Of a DNA stretch of 24,000 nucleotides, positions 16,631 to 24,000 are shown in pieces. The stretch lies in the NCBI GenBank assembly GCA_036488555.1, contig DASXHL010000075.1, positions 230,957 through 254,956 of the forward strand, in the 5' to 3' direction. The notes beneath the pieces were generated by a model, which worked only from the letters and a program-made list of their open reading frames with translations, was not told the origin of the DNA and made no database searches. The stretch's first letter is position 1. Each line of letters begins with the position of its first letter. The position numbers and the translations under genes were made by a program. This stretch comes from Rhizomicrobium sp. (GTDB lineage: Bacteria; Pseudomonadota; Alphaproteobacteria; Micropepsales; Micropepsaceae).

Positions 16631-16650
16631 GCCGATAATTTGATGGCGGC
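16631..16650. repeat. Right copy of the GCCGATAATTTG direct repeat (imperfect dyad GCCGAT-aatttg-ATGGCGGC)
   Basis: Read directly: gccgataatttgatggcggc, about 225 bp upstream of the integrase start. A degenerate third copy, gccgataaatgg, lies at 16479-16490. Confidence 0.45.
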
Positions 16651-17024
16651 AATGTCTTCGACGGTGTTCTTCGGGAGTAAGCCTGCGCCGCGAAGGTCCG
16701 CTGATGGGGGAGCGGGGCGTCACCTGCCGACCGGGGAAATCGGCGGAAAAGACCGGATTTATCTATCGAGGGTTGTGCGCCTAATGCGTATTATGAATTT
16801 GACGATCGGAAATTTGAGTCCCCTTCGTGGCCCTCTTTTTGGGGGAATCGCCGCGAACAGAGACGAACGGGGACGAGGGACAGGTCACAGGAATTTCGAC
16901 TTTTAGGCCACATCAGTGAATGGCCGCGAACAGTTACACCTCGATGTCCCTAGTATCGATCAGGAGTATCATTTTTCACTTAACCCATTGAAGTAATTAT
17001 ACGATATCCGGCGCTTCACGCTTG

Positions 17025-17046
17025 TTATACACCTGCTTATACACCT
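17025..17046 (+). repeat. Tandem 10-mers TTATACACCT-gc-TTATACACCT
   Basis: Read directly at 17025-17034 and 17037-17046 (12-bp period). An inverted partial copy, gtgtataa, lies at 17210-17217. Confidence 0.6.
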
Positions 17047-17212
17047 TTGAGATAGATGCCTCTGGATGCCCGTGGATTTAGTCCATTCCGCAGGGGTTGT
17101 CTTTCGACCTTCCCAGCTTGGCGCGGACAATATCGGCGAGACCGAATGAACACGCCCAGGACGCCCGCATGGCAGGCCCGTTGCAGGGCTAAGCCCGGTA
17201 GATTTCAATGTG

Positions 17213-17218
17213 TATAAT
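17213..17218 (+). promoter_or_regulatory. Consensus -10 hexamer TATAAT about 100 nt upstream of the TonB-dependent receptor start
   Basis: tgtgTATAATgt read directly. No good -35 at 16-18 bp spacing (taagcc). Promoter function is not established. Confidence 0.3.
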
Positions 17219-17239
17219 GTATACAAACTTGGCTTAACT

Positions 17240-17302
17240 GCCCGTAACCCGAACCGGGTGCGGGCAATAAAAAAGAAACCGACACCCAAACCGGGTGCGG
17301 GC
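17240..17302 (+). repeat. Twin GC-rich hairpins carrying a duplicated 19-mer, separated by an A-rich spacer, in the receptor 5' leader
   Basis: acccgaaccgggtgcgggc (17247-17265) and acccaaaccgggtgcgggc (17284-17302) differ at one position. Hairpin 1 is GCCCG-ta-ACCCG-aac-CGGGT-g-CGGGC (17240-17265). Hairpin 2 spans 17279-17300. The spacer is aataaaaaagaaa. Confidence 0.6.
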
Positions 17303-17319
17303 CACAAAGGGGGAAACCA

Positions 17320-20300
17320 ATGGAGAAGTCGCGCAATCTGCGCTTGCTTACGCTTGCCTCTGTCAGTCTCATGGCAATGTCAGCCGGGGCGTTGGCCCAG
17401 GAAGGTGGTGCGCCCGCCGAATCGACGGAGCAGGTGACGGTAACCGGCTCGCGCGTCATTTCCGACATCGCCAATTCGCCGACGCCGATCACCGCGGTCA
17501 GCACGGAGCAGTTGCTGACCTCCACCCCCAGCAACCTCTCGGACGCTTTGAACAAGCTGCCGGTTTTCATAGGCAACTCGACCCAGCGCAACGCGGGCAG
17601 CGCCGCGGCCAACGCCGGTGGCGACTTCCTCAATCTGCGCAATTTCGGGCAACAGCGCACCCTGGTGCTGCTGGATGGCATGCGCCTTCCGGCCGGCAAC
17701 CAGAACGGCAGCGTCGATATCAGCACCTTGCCGCAGGAACTGATGTCCCGCGTCGACGTCGTCACCGGCGGCGCTTCGTCGGTCTACGGTTCCGACGCAA
17801 TCACCGGCGTGGTCAACTTCATCCTCGACAAGAATTTCTCGGGCATCAAATACGACCTGAATTCCGGTATTTCGACGTATCAGGATGGCTGGCAATACAA
17901 GGTGGATCTGGCCGCCGGCACCGACGTGTTCGGCGGCAGGGGCCATATCGAAGGCGCCATCGGATATCAAAATCAGGACGGTGTGCGGAAGGAAGCCCGC
18001 CCGTCGGGCTCGGAAAATCTGGGCTCTTTCAATACCGGCAGCAACGCGACCGCCCCGGTCACCAATATCACGCAGGCCGGCCAGACGGTCTCGACCGCCA
18101 GCGGCAAGATCACCTGCTCCAGTTGCTCGGTCAACGGCTATGAGTTTGGCCAGCCTGGCATACCCACGCCGATTTTCTATGGCGTGATACCCCAGACGCC
18201 TGGCACAACGGTGCCCAACACCGCGATCGCCCAAGGCTGCGGCGACTGCGCCCATGTGAACAATACTTCGATCTTTGGCGCCACCAGGAATGCCACGGCG
18301 TTCGGCCGCTTCAGCTATGACCTGTTCAAGGACACCACAGTCTTTACCCAGCTCTCGCTCGCCCAGGCTAATGTCTTCAACTACTTCTTCCCGGAACAGC
18401 AAGAGGCCAGCCGCCAGACCGTCACCTATTTCAAGAACAATGCCTTCCTCCCGGCTGCCACCCGGGCATTGCTGGGCGATGACAGCGCCACGGACCCCAA
18501 TTGGGCGACCGACGGCACCAATACCTTCACGGTGTCGGAATGGTACAACGACCCCAATCGCGTCCGAGCAACCAACAGCGTCACACGCAACATCGTCTCG
18601 ACCACCGGTATAAACGGCGTGCTGTTCAAGGATTTTGCCTGGGACGCGCATTACACCCATGGCGAAACCCGTCTCTCGACCAGCGGCATCCACAACGGCA
18701 ACAACCAGTTCCACGACGCGGCGCAGGACGCGGTGATCGATCCCGCCACCAACAGCATCGTCTGCTGGAATGACACGGCGGCGGCGATCGCCCAATTCGG
18801 CAATCTCTATCCCGGTTGCGTGCCGATCAACACCTTCGGCAACAACGTGACGACGAACGCGCAAAACGATTACTGGGGCAGAACCACCCATTTCGCCGAG
18901 ACCAACATCATGGACGATGTCGCCGCCGACATTTCGGGCGATATCTTCCAGTTGCCGGCTGGTCCCGTCCGGGTGGCGATCGCGGGCGAAGCGCGCTGGC
19001 TCGACTATACGATCGATTCCAACGCCTCGCCGACCGCAGTGGTCAATTGCACCGGCCTGCGCCTTTGCCCCGCGCTGGGCGTCGTCAACGGCAAACCGGC
19101 CCAGCTCCCTGGAAACGGCTTCATCAGCGCCGCCAATCAGCAATACGTTACCCAGACCCTGTGGGACAACAACACCGTGCCGTCCGTCCACGCCTCGGAG
19201 AATGTGTGGGAATTCTCGGGCGAAGTGGCCATCCCGATCCTCAAGGATCTGCCGTTGGTGGAGAATTTCGACGCCGACCTCGCGGGCCGCTACACCAACT
19301 ACAGCGTCTCCGGCGCGGTCGAGACCTGGAAGGTCGGTCTGGACTATCATGTGGACAACAGCATCCGCTTCCGCGGCACGACGTCAGTCGACATCCGTGC
19401 CCCCACACTGAACGACCTGTATTCACCTGCGGTCTCCAGCAGCGGGCCGTTCCTGGATCCCCTCACCAACTTCAATCCGGGCGGCATCCAGACCATAACC
19501 CAGGGCAATCCGAACCTGGTGCCGGAATCCTCGCGCACCTATACCGGTGGCGTGGTGCTGACGCCGAGCTTCATTCCCGGTCTGACCATTTCGGCCGACT
19601 ACTACAACATCAAGGTCAAGAACGCGATCGGCACCGTCAGCGGCAGCAATCTGGCGATTGCAAATCTCTGCATCGCATCCGGGGGCACATCGCCGTTCTG
19701 CTCTCTGTATGTGCGGCCGTTCCCCTACACCAACACCACGCCGGCCAACTATCCCACGGTGCTGCTGAGCCAGAATCTCAACGTCGCCTTTGCCTCGACC
19801 GAGGGTGAGGATTACGAGATCGACTATAATTTCAACATGGCCGATATCGACGACAGCCTGCCGGGCGTCGTCAATCTGCGCGGCTTCGCGAATGTGGCAC
19901 CCGTGCTCAACTCCGCCACGTTCCAGGGCGCTCCGATCCAGCACGGGTTTGGCGTCGGTACCACAACCCCCAGCCAGAAGGGCCATGCCACGATCATTGG
20001 CGATTACACGCTCGGCAACTGGAGTGTGGACGTCGCGTGGCACTGGTTCAGCGGTCTGACCAAGAACGGCATTTACGGGTCCGGGCAGACTTACTATGCC
20101 CAGAACTATGTCGGCAGCTTCAGCACCATGGACTTCACCCTCACCAGGCAGATCACCTTCGACAACGGCTCGGCCATGTCTGCATATTTCAACGTGCAGA
20201 ATGCCTTCAATGCCATCCCGCCGGATGTCATCGGATCGAGCGGAAACCCTGGTGGCATCAACACCCCGATTGGCGAAGACCTGATGGGTCGCTATTTCAT

Positions 20301-20325
20301 CCTCGGCTTGCGCGGCAACCTGTAA
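17320..20325 (+). CDS. TonB-dependent receptor (1001 aa)
   Basis: RBS aagggggaa lies before the ATG. Signal peptide is MEKSRNLRLLTLASVSLMAMSAGALAQE. Plug motifs are ..VTVTGSRV.. ..ITAVSTEQL.. ..NLSDALNKLPVF.. ..NLRNFGQQRTLVLLDGMRL.. ..VDVVTGGASSVYGSDAITGVVNFIL... The C-terminal barrel reads ..GRYFILGLRGNL. Confidence 0.93.
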   Translation: MEKSRNLRLLTLASVSLMAMSAGALAQEGGAPAESTEQVTVTGSRVISDIANSPTPITAVSTEQLLTSTPSNLSDALNKLPVFIGNSTQRNAGSAAANAGGDFLNLRNFGQQRTLVLLDGMRLPAGNQNGSVDISTLPQELMSRVDVVTGGASSVYGSDAITGVVNFILDKNFSGIKYDLNSGISTYQDGWQYKVDLAAGTDVFGGRGHIEGAIGYQNQDGVRKEARPSGSENLGSFNTGSNATAPVTNITQAGQTVSTASGKITCSSCSVNGYEFGQPGIPTPIFYGVIPQTPGTTVPNTAIAQGCGDCAHVNNTSIFGATRNATAFGRFSYDLFKDTTVFTQLSLAQANVFNYFFPEQQEASRQTVTYFKNNAFLPAATRALLGDDSATDPNWATDGTNTFTVSEWYNDPNRVRATNSVTRNIVSTTGINGVLFKDFAWDAHYTHGETRLSTSGIHNGNNQFHDAAQDAVIDPATNSIVCWNDTAAAIAQFGNLYPGCVPINTFGNNVTTNAQNDYWGRTTHFAETNIMDDVAADISGDIFQLPAGPVRVAIAGEARWLDYTIDSNASPTAVVNCTGLRLCPALGVVNGKPAQLPGNGFISAANQQYVTQTLWDNNTVPSVHASENVWEFSGEVAIPILKDLPLVENFDADLAGRYTNYSVSGAVETWKVGLDYHVDNSIRFRGTTSVDIRAPTLNDLYSPAVSSSGPFLDPLTNFNPGGIQTITQGNPNLVPESSRTYTGGVVLTPSFIPGLTISADYYNIKVKNAIGTVSGSNLAIANLCIASGGTSPFCSLYVRPFPYTNTTPANYPTVLLSQNLNVAFASTEGEDYEIDYNFNMADIDDSLPGVVNLRGFANVAPVLNSATFQGAPIQHGFGVGTTTPSQKGHATIIGDYTLGNWSVDVAWHWFSGLTKNGIYGSGQTYYAQNYVGSFSTMDFTLTRQITFDNGSAMSAYFNVQNAFNAIPPDVIGSSGNPGGINTPIGEDLMGRYFILGLRGNL

Positions 20326-20353
20326 GCCGATCACGCTTGAGTTCATGTATCTG

Positions 20354-20384
20354 GGCCGCAGCGCGTTGCTGCGGTCCTTTTTTT
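20354..20384 (+). terminator. Rho-independent terminator of the receptor gene
   Basis: ggCCGCAGC-gcgtt-GCTGCGGtcc followed by T7 (20378-20384), 29 nt after the stop codon. Confidence 0.75.
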
Positions 20385-20469
20385 GGGGAGGCAAGAGCGG
20401 CCCCGATCCTTTGGTCTAAGGCCACTCTCATACCGTTTTTCTTCCGACACACATGATTTCTCCGTCCCG

Positions 20470-20489
20470 GCCGGCAAAGGCCGGCTTTT
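20470..20489. terminator. GC hairpin GCCGGC-aaag-GCCGGC with TTTT on the plus strand, abutting the MFS stop codon
   Basis: Read directly. The T-tract is on the plus side only, and an A-tract (caaaa) precedes the stem on the minus strand. It could serve the convergent gene pair. Confidence 0.4.
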
Positions 20490-20490
20490 G

Positions 20491-21882
20491 TCACGGGCGT
20501 CCTTCCCGGGGCGGGCTGCGCAGAATGCTCACCAGACCTGCGGCGGCGCTCAGCAGGGCGCCGATCGCCATCCCCAGCCTCGGCGCCGCGCCGGCGGAAA
20601 CAAGCGTGAAAAGCAGGGTCATCAGCACCGCGCCCAGGGTCTGGCCGCTCAGCCGCGCCGTCCCTTGCATGCCGCCGGCGGCGCCGCTGCGTTCGGGCGG
20701 CGCGGCCAGATACATGTTGCGGTTGTTGGGCACCTGGAACAGGCCAAAGCCCAGGCCGCACAGCATGATCATCGGCACCAGCACGAAGGGCTTACCGTTG
20801 AGCGGCCATGCCGCGGCGAAGGCCAGGCCGGCCGCCAGCAAAACGCCGCCGGCGGCGCAAAGCCATGCGCCTGGCAGCCGGTCGGCGAGGCGGCCCGAGA
20901 CGGGCGCCGTTAGCGCGACCGTCAACGGCCAGGGCATGATGATCAGCCCGGTCATCAGCGCGCTCTGATGCAGGCCATGCTCCAGATAGAAAGGCAGCGC
21001 CACCAGGCCCGCAGTCTGTCCGACGAAGCAGCAGACCGAAGCGATCACCGACACGCGGAAGGACGCGGAACGCAGCAGATCGATAGGGATGAGCGGCGCT
21101 TTCTGGGGCCTCTCCCGCCGTATCAGCGCCCAGAGCCCCATGCCCGCCGCCGCAAGCAGGCCCGCTGCCAAGGCCGGTCGCGTCGGCAGGAATTCCACAC
21201 CGGTGACGAAGGCGCCGAAAATGCCGGCGTTCAGCGCCATGCTGATCGCGTCCAGCTTGCGCGCGCTGCCGGGCGTGTGGGGCAGGGCGCGGCCCGCGGC
21301 AAGCGCCATCGCGCCCAGGGGCAGGTTCACCGCGAACAGCCAGGGCCAGGACAGGACCGACAGGATAAAGGCGCCGATGGCGGGCCCTGCCGCGGAGGCC
21401 AGCGCGACGGTCAGCGCATTCCAGCCGATGGCGGTGCCCAGCCGCGCACGTGGCACCACCAGGCGCATCAGTGCGATGCCCAGTGACATGATCGCGGCCC
21501 CACCCAATCCTTGCAGGAAACGCGCGGCCACCAGGAAGGGCAGCGACGGCGACAGGGCGCACAGAACCGAAGCCGCCGTGAACAGCGCCACGCCCAGCGT
21601 ATAGGTTTTCCGATAGCCCAGGCTTTCGCCCAACGCCGCGGTCGGCAACAGGGTCATCACCAGCGCTAGCTGATAGGCGGTGACGACCAGCACCGAGAGC
21701 GCGGGGCGCACATGCAGGGCGTGCCCGATGCTGGGCAGCGCGATATTGGCGATGGCCGAATCCACCACCACCAGCGCCAGGGCCGACAATATGGCGACGA
21801 TCGCGATGGTGCGTTGGGGTTGGGGCAGGCCGCCGGCATCCTGCGGCTGCGCGGCCTGCATCCGGGTGGTGAGGCTGCTCAT
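20491..21882 (-). CDS. MFS transporter, DHA2 (EmrB/QacA-like, 14-TM) efflux family
   Basis: 463-aa ORF: ..IAIVAILSALALVVVDSAIANIALPSIGHAL.. ..LGESLGYRKTYTLGVALFTAASVLCAL.. ..FLQGLGGAAIM.. followed by many further hydrophobic spans. It is divergent from a LysR regulator. Confidence 0.9.
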   Translation of the reverse strand: MSSLTTRMQAAQPQDAGGLPQPQRTIAIVAILSALALVVVDSAIANIALPSIGHALHVRPALSVLVVTAYQLALVMTLLPTAALGESLGYRKTYTLGVALFTAASVLCALSPSLPFLVAARFLQGLGGAAIMSLGIALMRLVVPRARLGTAIGWNALTVALASAAGPAIGAFILSVLSWPWLFAVNLPLGAMALAAGRALPHTPGSARKLDAISMALNAGIFGAFVTGVEFLPTRPALAAGLLAAAGMGLWALIRRERPQKAPLIPIDLLRSASFRVSVIASVCCFVGQTAGLVALPFYLEHGLHQSALMTGLIIMPWPLTVALTAPVSGRLADRLPGAWLCAAGGVLLAAGLAFAAAWPLNGKPFVLVPMIMLCGLGFGLFQVPNNRNMYLAAPPERSGAAGGMQGTARLSGQTLGAVLMTLLFTLVSAGAAPRLGMAIGALLSAAAGLVSILRSPPREGRP

Positions 21883-22040
21883 CGTGCGCCCGGCATTTCC
21901 TGGCAGGTCCCGACCATGGCCGTCTCCGTGTTTGCGATCCGGAACCTAAGGAGCGGGATGGCATGGCGGAAGACGCAGCATTTGCACTTTATGCGTGCGT
22001 TTGGCGCCATATCAGGAAAAGCCTGTGCTAGGCTCTCCGC

Positions 22041-23040
22041 CATGACCGCCGATCTCAATCTTCTGGTGACCCTCGACGTGCTCCTGGCCGAAGGCAGCGT
22101 GGCGCGCGCCGCCCGGCGGCTTGCGCTCAGTCCCTCCGCCATGAGCCGGGCGCTGGCGCGGCTCAGGCAGGCGACAGGCGATCCGCTGCTGGTCCGCGCC
22201 GGGCGCGGTCTGGTCGCCACGCCACGCGCGCTGGAATTGCGGGAGCGGGTGAGTGGGCTGGTGCAGGATGCGCAAGTGGTGCTGCGGCCGGCGGAAAAGC
22301 TCGATCTCAGGAAGCTGTCGCGCATCTTTACGCTGCGCACCAGCGACGGTTTTGTCGAAACCTTCGGTCCCTATCTTCTTGCACGCGCCGCCAGGGAAGC
22401 GCCCGGCGTGAGTTTGCGCTTTGTGCAGAAGGTGGACCGGGAAAGCGTTGGCCTGCGCGACGGCAGCGTGGATCTGGAAACCGGCGTCGTCGGCCAGACC
22501 ACCAGTCCCGAAGTGCGCACCCAGGCGCTGTTCCGCGACCGCTTTGTCGGTGTGGTGCGCAAGGGCCATTCCCTGGCCAAGGGAAAGGTCACGCCGGCGC
22601 GCTATGCGGCCGCCCGGCATGTGGCGCGGCAAAGCTCGCTCCTGGGGCAGGCGGATGAAGCCCTGCAAAAGCTCGGACTTGAGAGACGGGTGGCGACCAC
22701 CGTGGGCGGCTTCGTCACCGCACTGGCGCTGGCGCGCGCCACCGATCTGGTCGCGACCGTTCCCGACCGGTACACGGGCACGCTGCGCTCCGGCATGGTC
22801 AGCTTTCCGCTGCCCTTCACCATGCCGGAAATCCTCATCTCCATGCTGTGGCATCCCCGACAGGATGCCGACCCGGCGCATCGCTGGCTGCGCGACTGTG
22901 TCCGCGATGCCTGCGCTACGAGGGCGGCGGGGCAGTGCAATAGGACGTGTGCCGGGATCGCCCGGCAAGGGCGAATGCAGGTGATGTGCCACGCTATGGC
23001 GAAGCGCCGCCCTGACCGGATTTCAATCCGGCGTCAATGA
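22041..23040 (+). CDS. LysR family transcriptional regulator
   Basis: From the ATG at 22041: MTADLNLLVTLDVLLAEGSVARAARRLALSPSAMSRALARLRQATGDPLLVRAGRGLVATPRA.. (HTH), then the effector domain up to ..WHPRQDADPAHRWLRDCV... The track ORF start at 21712 is an upstream extension. The last ~35 aa look like read-on sequence overlapping the convergent gene. Confidence 0.88.
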
Positions 23041-24000
23041 CGAGCTTGGGCACCAGAAGACCGATAATCATCGCCAGGATGACGGTCGCGGCTGTGACAC
23101 CATCGGTAATCGTATCGGACAAGAGTGCCGCTCCGGCTCCGGCCGTTGCGATCTGTGCGAGGCCACTTGCCATGCGGAACAGAAAGACGCCGGGCATCAT
23201 GGACACGACCGCGGCGAAACCGGCGGCGGCGAATGGAACATGCAGGCGGTTTGCAACTATCGCCATGACAAAACCAACCGCCGCGCATGCGGTGAAGGCT
23301 GCGCCGGCCGGACTGAAGCCAAAGCCGGCGATGACCAGCCACCGCAATGCGTGCGCCATGGCGCCAATGGCGACCGGCCAGGGCAGCATCCTGGCCGGCA
23401 TGTTGAAGAACACACCATAGGCCGCTACCGCAACCCCGGCTGCCGCTACATCCGCCCAGAGCGGCACGGTGTGGCCCACGGGATCGACGGGAAGATCAAC
23501 ACCAAGGATGGCAAGACCCAGGATCAACCCGCATGCGATCGCCATTGTCACGAGGGTGGCAAAGACAAGCCGGGCCGCGCCCAAGGGAACGCGGCCCTGC
23601 AGCAGATCAAGGCCGCCATTCAGGACATGGGGACCTGGCACCAGGATCATGCAGGGACAGACAGCGATCAGCCGCAGAGACGAACTGAGCTGGAGACGTT
23701 CGGCCACGGCGCCGATGACACCGGCCAGAAGGGCCGCGGCGAAAGGCTGGAGATAGGGATTGGTGCTGACCTGTGCCAGCCATCGGCGGAGCAGGACACC
23801 AGCGCCCGCGCTCAGCACAATGAGCATTACGGCGGCGGGATGTTCGACGCCGAAGATCACGCTTAGCGCCGCCGCGCCGCCTGCTGCGGCGAGGGTGAAC
23901 AGCCAGACGGGCGCCGGCGGCGTTCGCGCCGCCACCGCGATGGCGGCATGCGCCTGAGGCCCGGCGAGACGCCCCTCCATTATCTGCCCGGCGATGTGCG
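22994..24000 (-). CDS. Threonine/serine exporter (ThrE) family membrane protein; 5' end lies outside the window
   Basis: The frame stays open upstream of the track's first Met (..HIAGQIMEGRLAG..). A polytopic membrane protein with ..CPCMILVPGPHVLNGGLDLLQGRVPLGAARL.. and a second half ..VVSMMPGVFLFRMASGL.., typical of the DUF1212 + DUF3815 arrangement. Confidence 0.8.
   Translation of the reverse strand, partial: HIAGQIMEGRLAGPQAHAAIAVAARTPPAPVWLFTLAAAGGAAALSVIFGVEHPAAVMLIVLSAGAGVLLRRWLAQVSTNPYLQPFAAALLAGVIGAVAERLQLSSSLRLIAVCPCMILVPGPHVLNGGLDLLQGRVPLGAARLVFATLVTMAIACGLILGLAILGVDLPVDPVGHTVPLWADVAAAGVAVAAYGVFFNMPARMLPWPVAIGAMAHALRWLVIAGFGFSPAGAAFTACAAVGFVMAIVANRLHVPFAAAGFAAVVSMMPGVFLFRMASGLAQIATAGAGAALLSDTITDGVTAATVILAMIIGLLVPKLVIDAGLKSGQGGASP

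Larger units (their letters stand above)
15146..17235. mobile_element. Integrase-associated integrative-element remnant (boundaries uncertain)
   Basis: The integrase is followed upstream by an AT-richer, ORF-poor stretch (16406-17235) holding short tandem and inverted repeats. No cargo genes and no tRNA are recognisable. Extent is a guess; a larger 7885-16650 block is considered in the findings. Confidence 0.35.

Noticed and set aside
16640-16906. 88-aa plus ORF in the integrase-flanking AT-rich region
   Set aside because: It has no RBS and its sequence is low-complexity Gly/Arg-rich. It is not credible as cargo.
16406-17319. Search for a tRNA or tmRNA integration target next to the integrase
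   Set aside because: No GGTTCGA(A/T)TCC-type T-arm or acceptor-stem/CCA arrangement is visible on either strand. This needs tRNAscan-SE/ARAGORN to be definitive.
17380-19350. 656-aa minus-strand ORF, plus 17295..18143, 18816..19808 and 19423..20394
   Set aside because: All overlap the TonB-dependent receptor, whose frame has a signal peptide, plug and barrel motifs. The alternatives are Arg/Gly/Asp-rich low-complexity translations.
20792-22992. ORFs 20792..21964 (-, 390 aa), 22012..22992 (-, 326 aa), 20383..21604 (+ set), and the 21712-22040 extension of the LysR ORF
   Set aside because: These are shadow frames of the DHA2 transporter and the LysR gene. The LysR HTH begins at the Met at 22041, so the upstream 110 aa are not part of it.
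1-24000. CRISPR arrays, rRNA genes, IS elements with terminal inverted repeats
   Set aside because: No regularly spaced direct repeats, no rRNA-like conserved blocks and no transposase-like ORFs were seen anywhere in the window.

Overview
GC-rich, bacterial-looking window; the TonB-dependent receptor style, the PEPxxWA-type sorting signal and the XDH-family operon suggest an alphaproteobacterium, but that is inference. Well-supported genes, left to right: a SAM-dependent methyltransferase open at the window edge and absent from the ORF track; a PHS-type MFS phosphate transporter divergent from an atypical pyruvate-kinase-like protein; a small Rossmann-like hypothetical; an NRDE/TANGO2-family protein; a translationally coupled three-subunit xanthine-dehydrogenase-family (PaoABC-like) molybdoenzyme operon; a ferredoxin-like/MBL-fold fusion protein; a P4-type tyrosine integrase; a 1001-aa TonB-dependent receptor with a clean intrinsic terminator; a DHA2-type MFS efflux pump divergent from a LysR regulator; and a ThrE-family exporter that runs off the right edge. 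Between these lie visibly less GC-rich patches (about 1.3-3.7 kb, 6.8-8.2 kb, 13.35-13.6 kb, 14.45-17.3 kb). They hold gene wreckage recognisable only by reading across frames: a frameshifted and truncated topoisomerase IB, a c-type cytochrome remnant (CAICH), a LysR fragment, a PEPxxWA-CTERM tail, and a histidine-kinase/receiver remnant abutting the integrase. I found no rRNA, tRNA or CRISPR array by eye. I see no convincing new multi-gene system. The items most worth follow-up are the integrase-ended block with possible flanking repeats, the twin-hairpin repeat in the receptor leader, and the phosphate-transporter/PK-like pair. Many long ORFs in the track are antisense or out-of-frame shadows typical of GC-rich DNA and are rejected.
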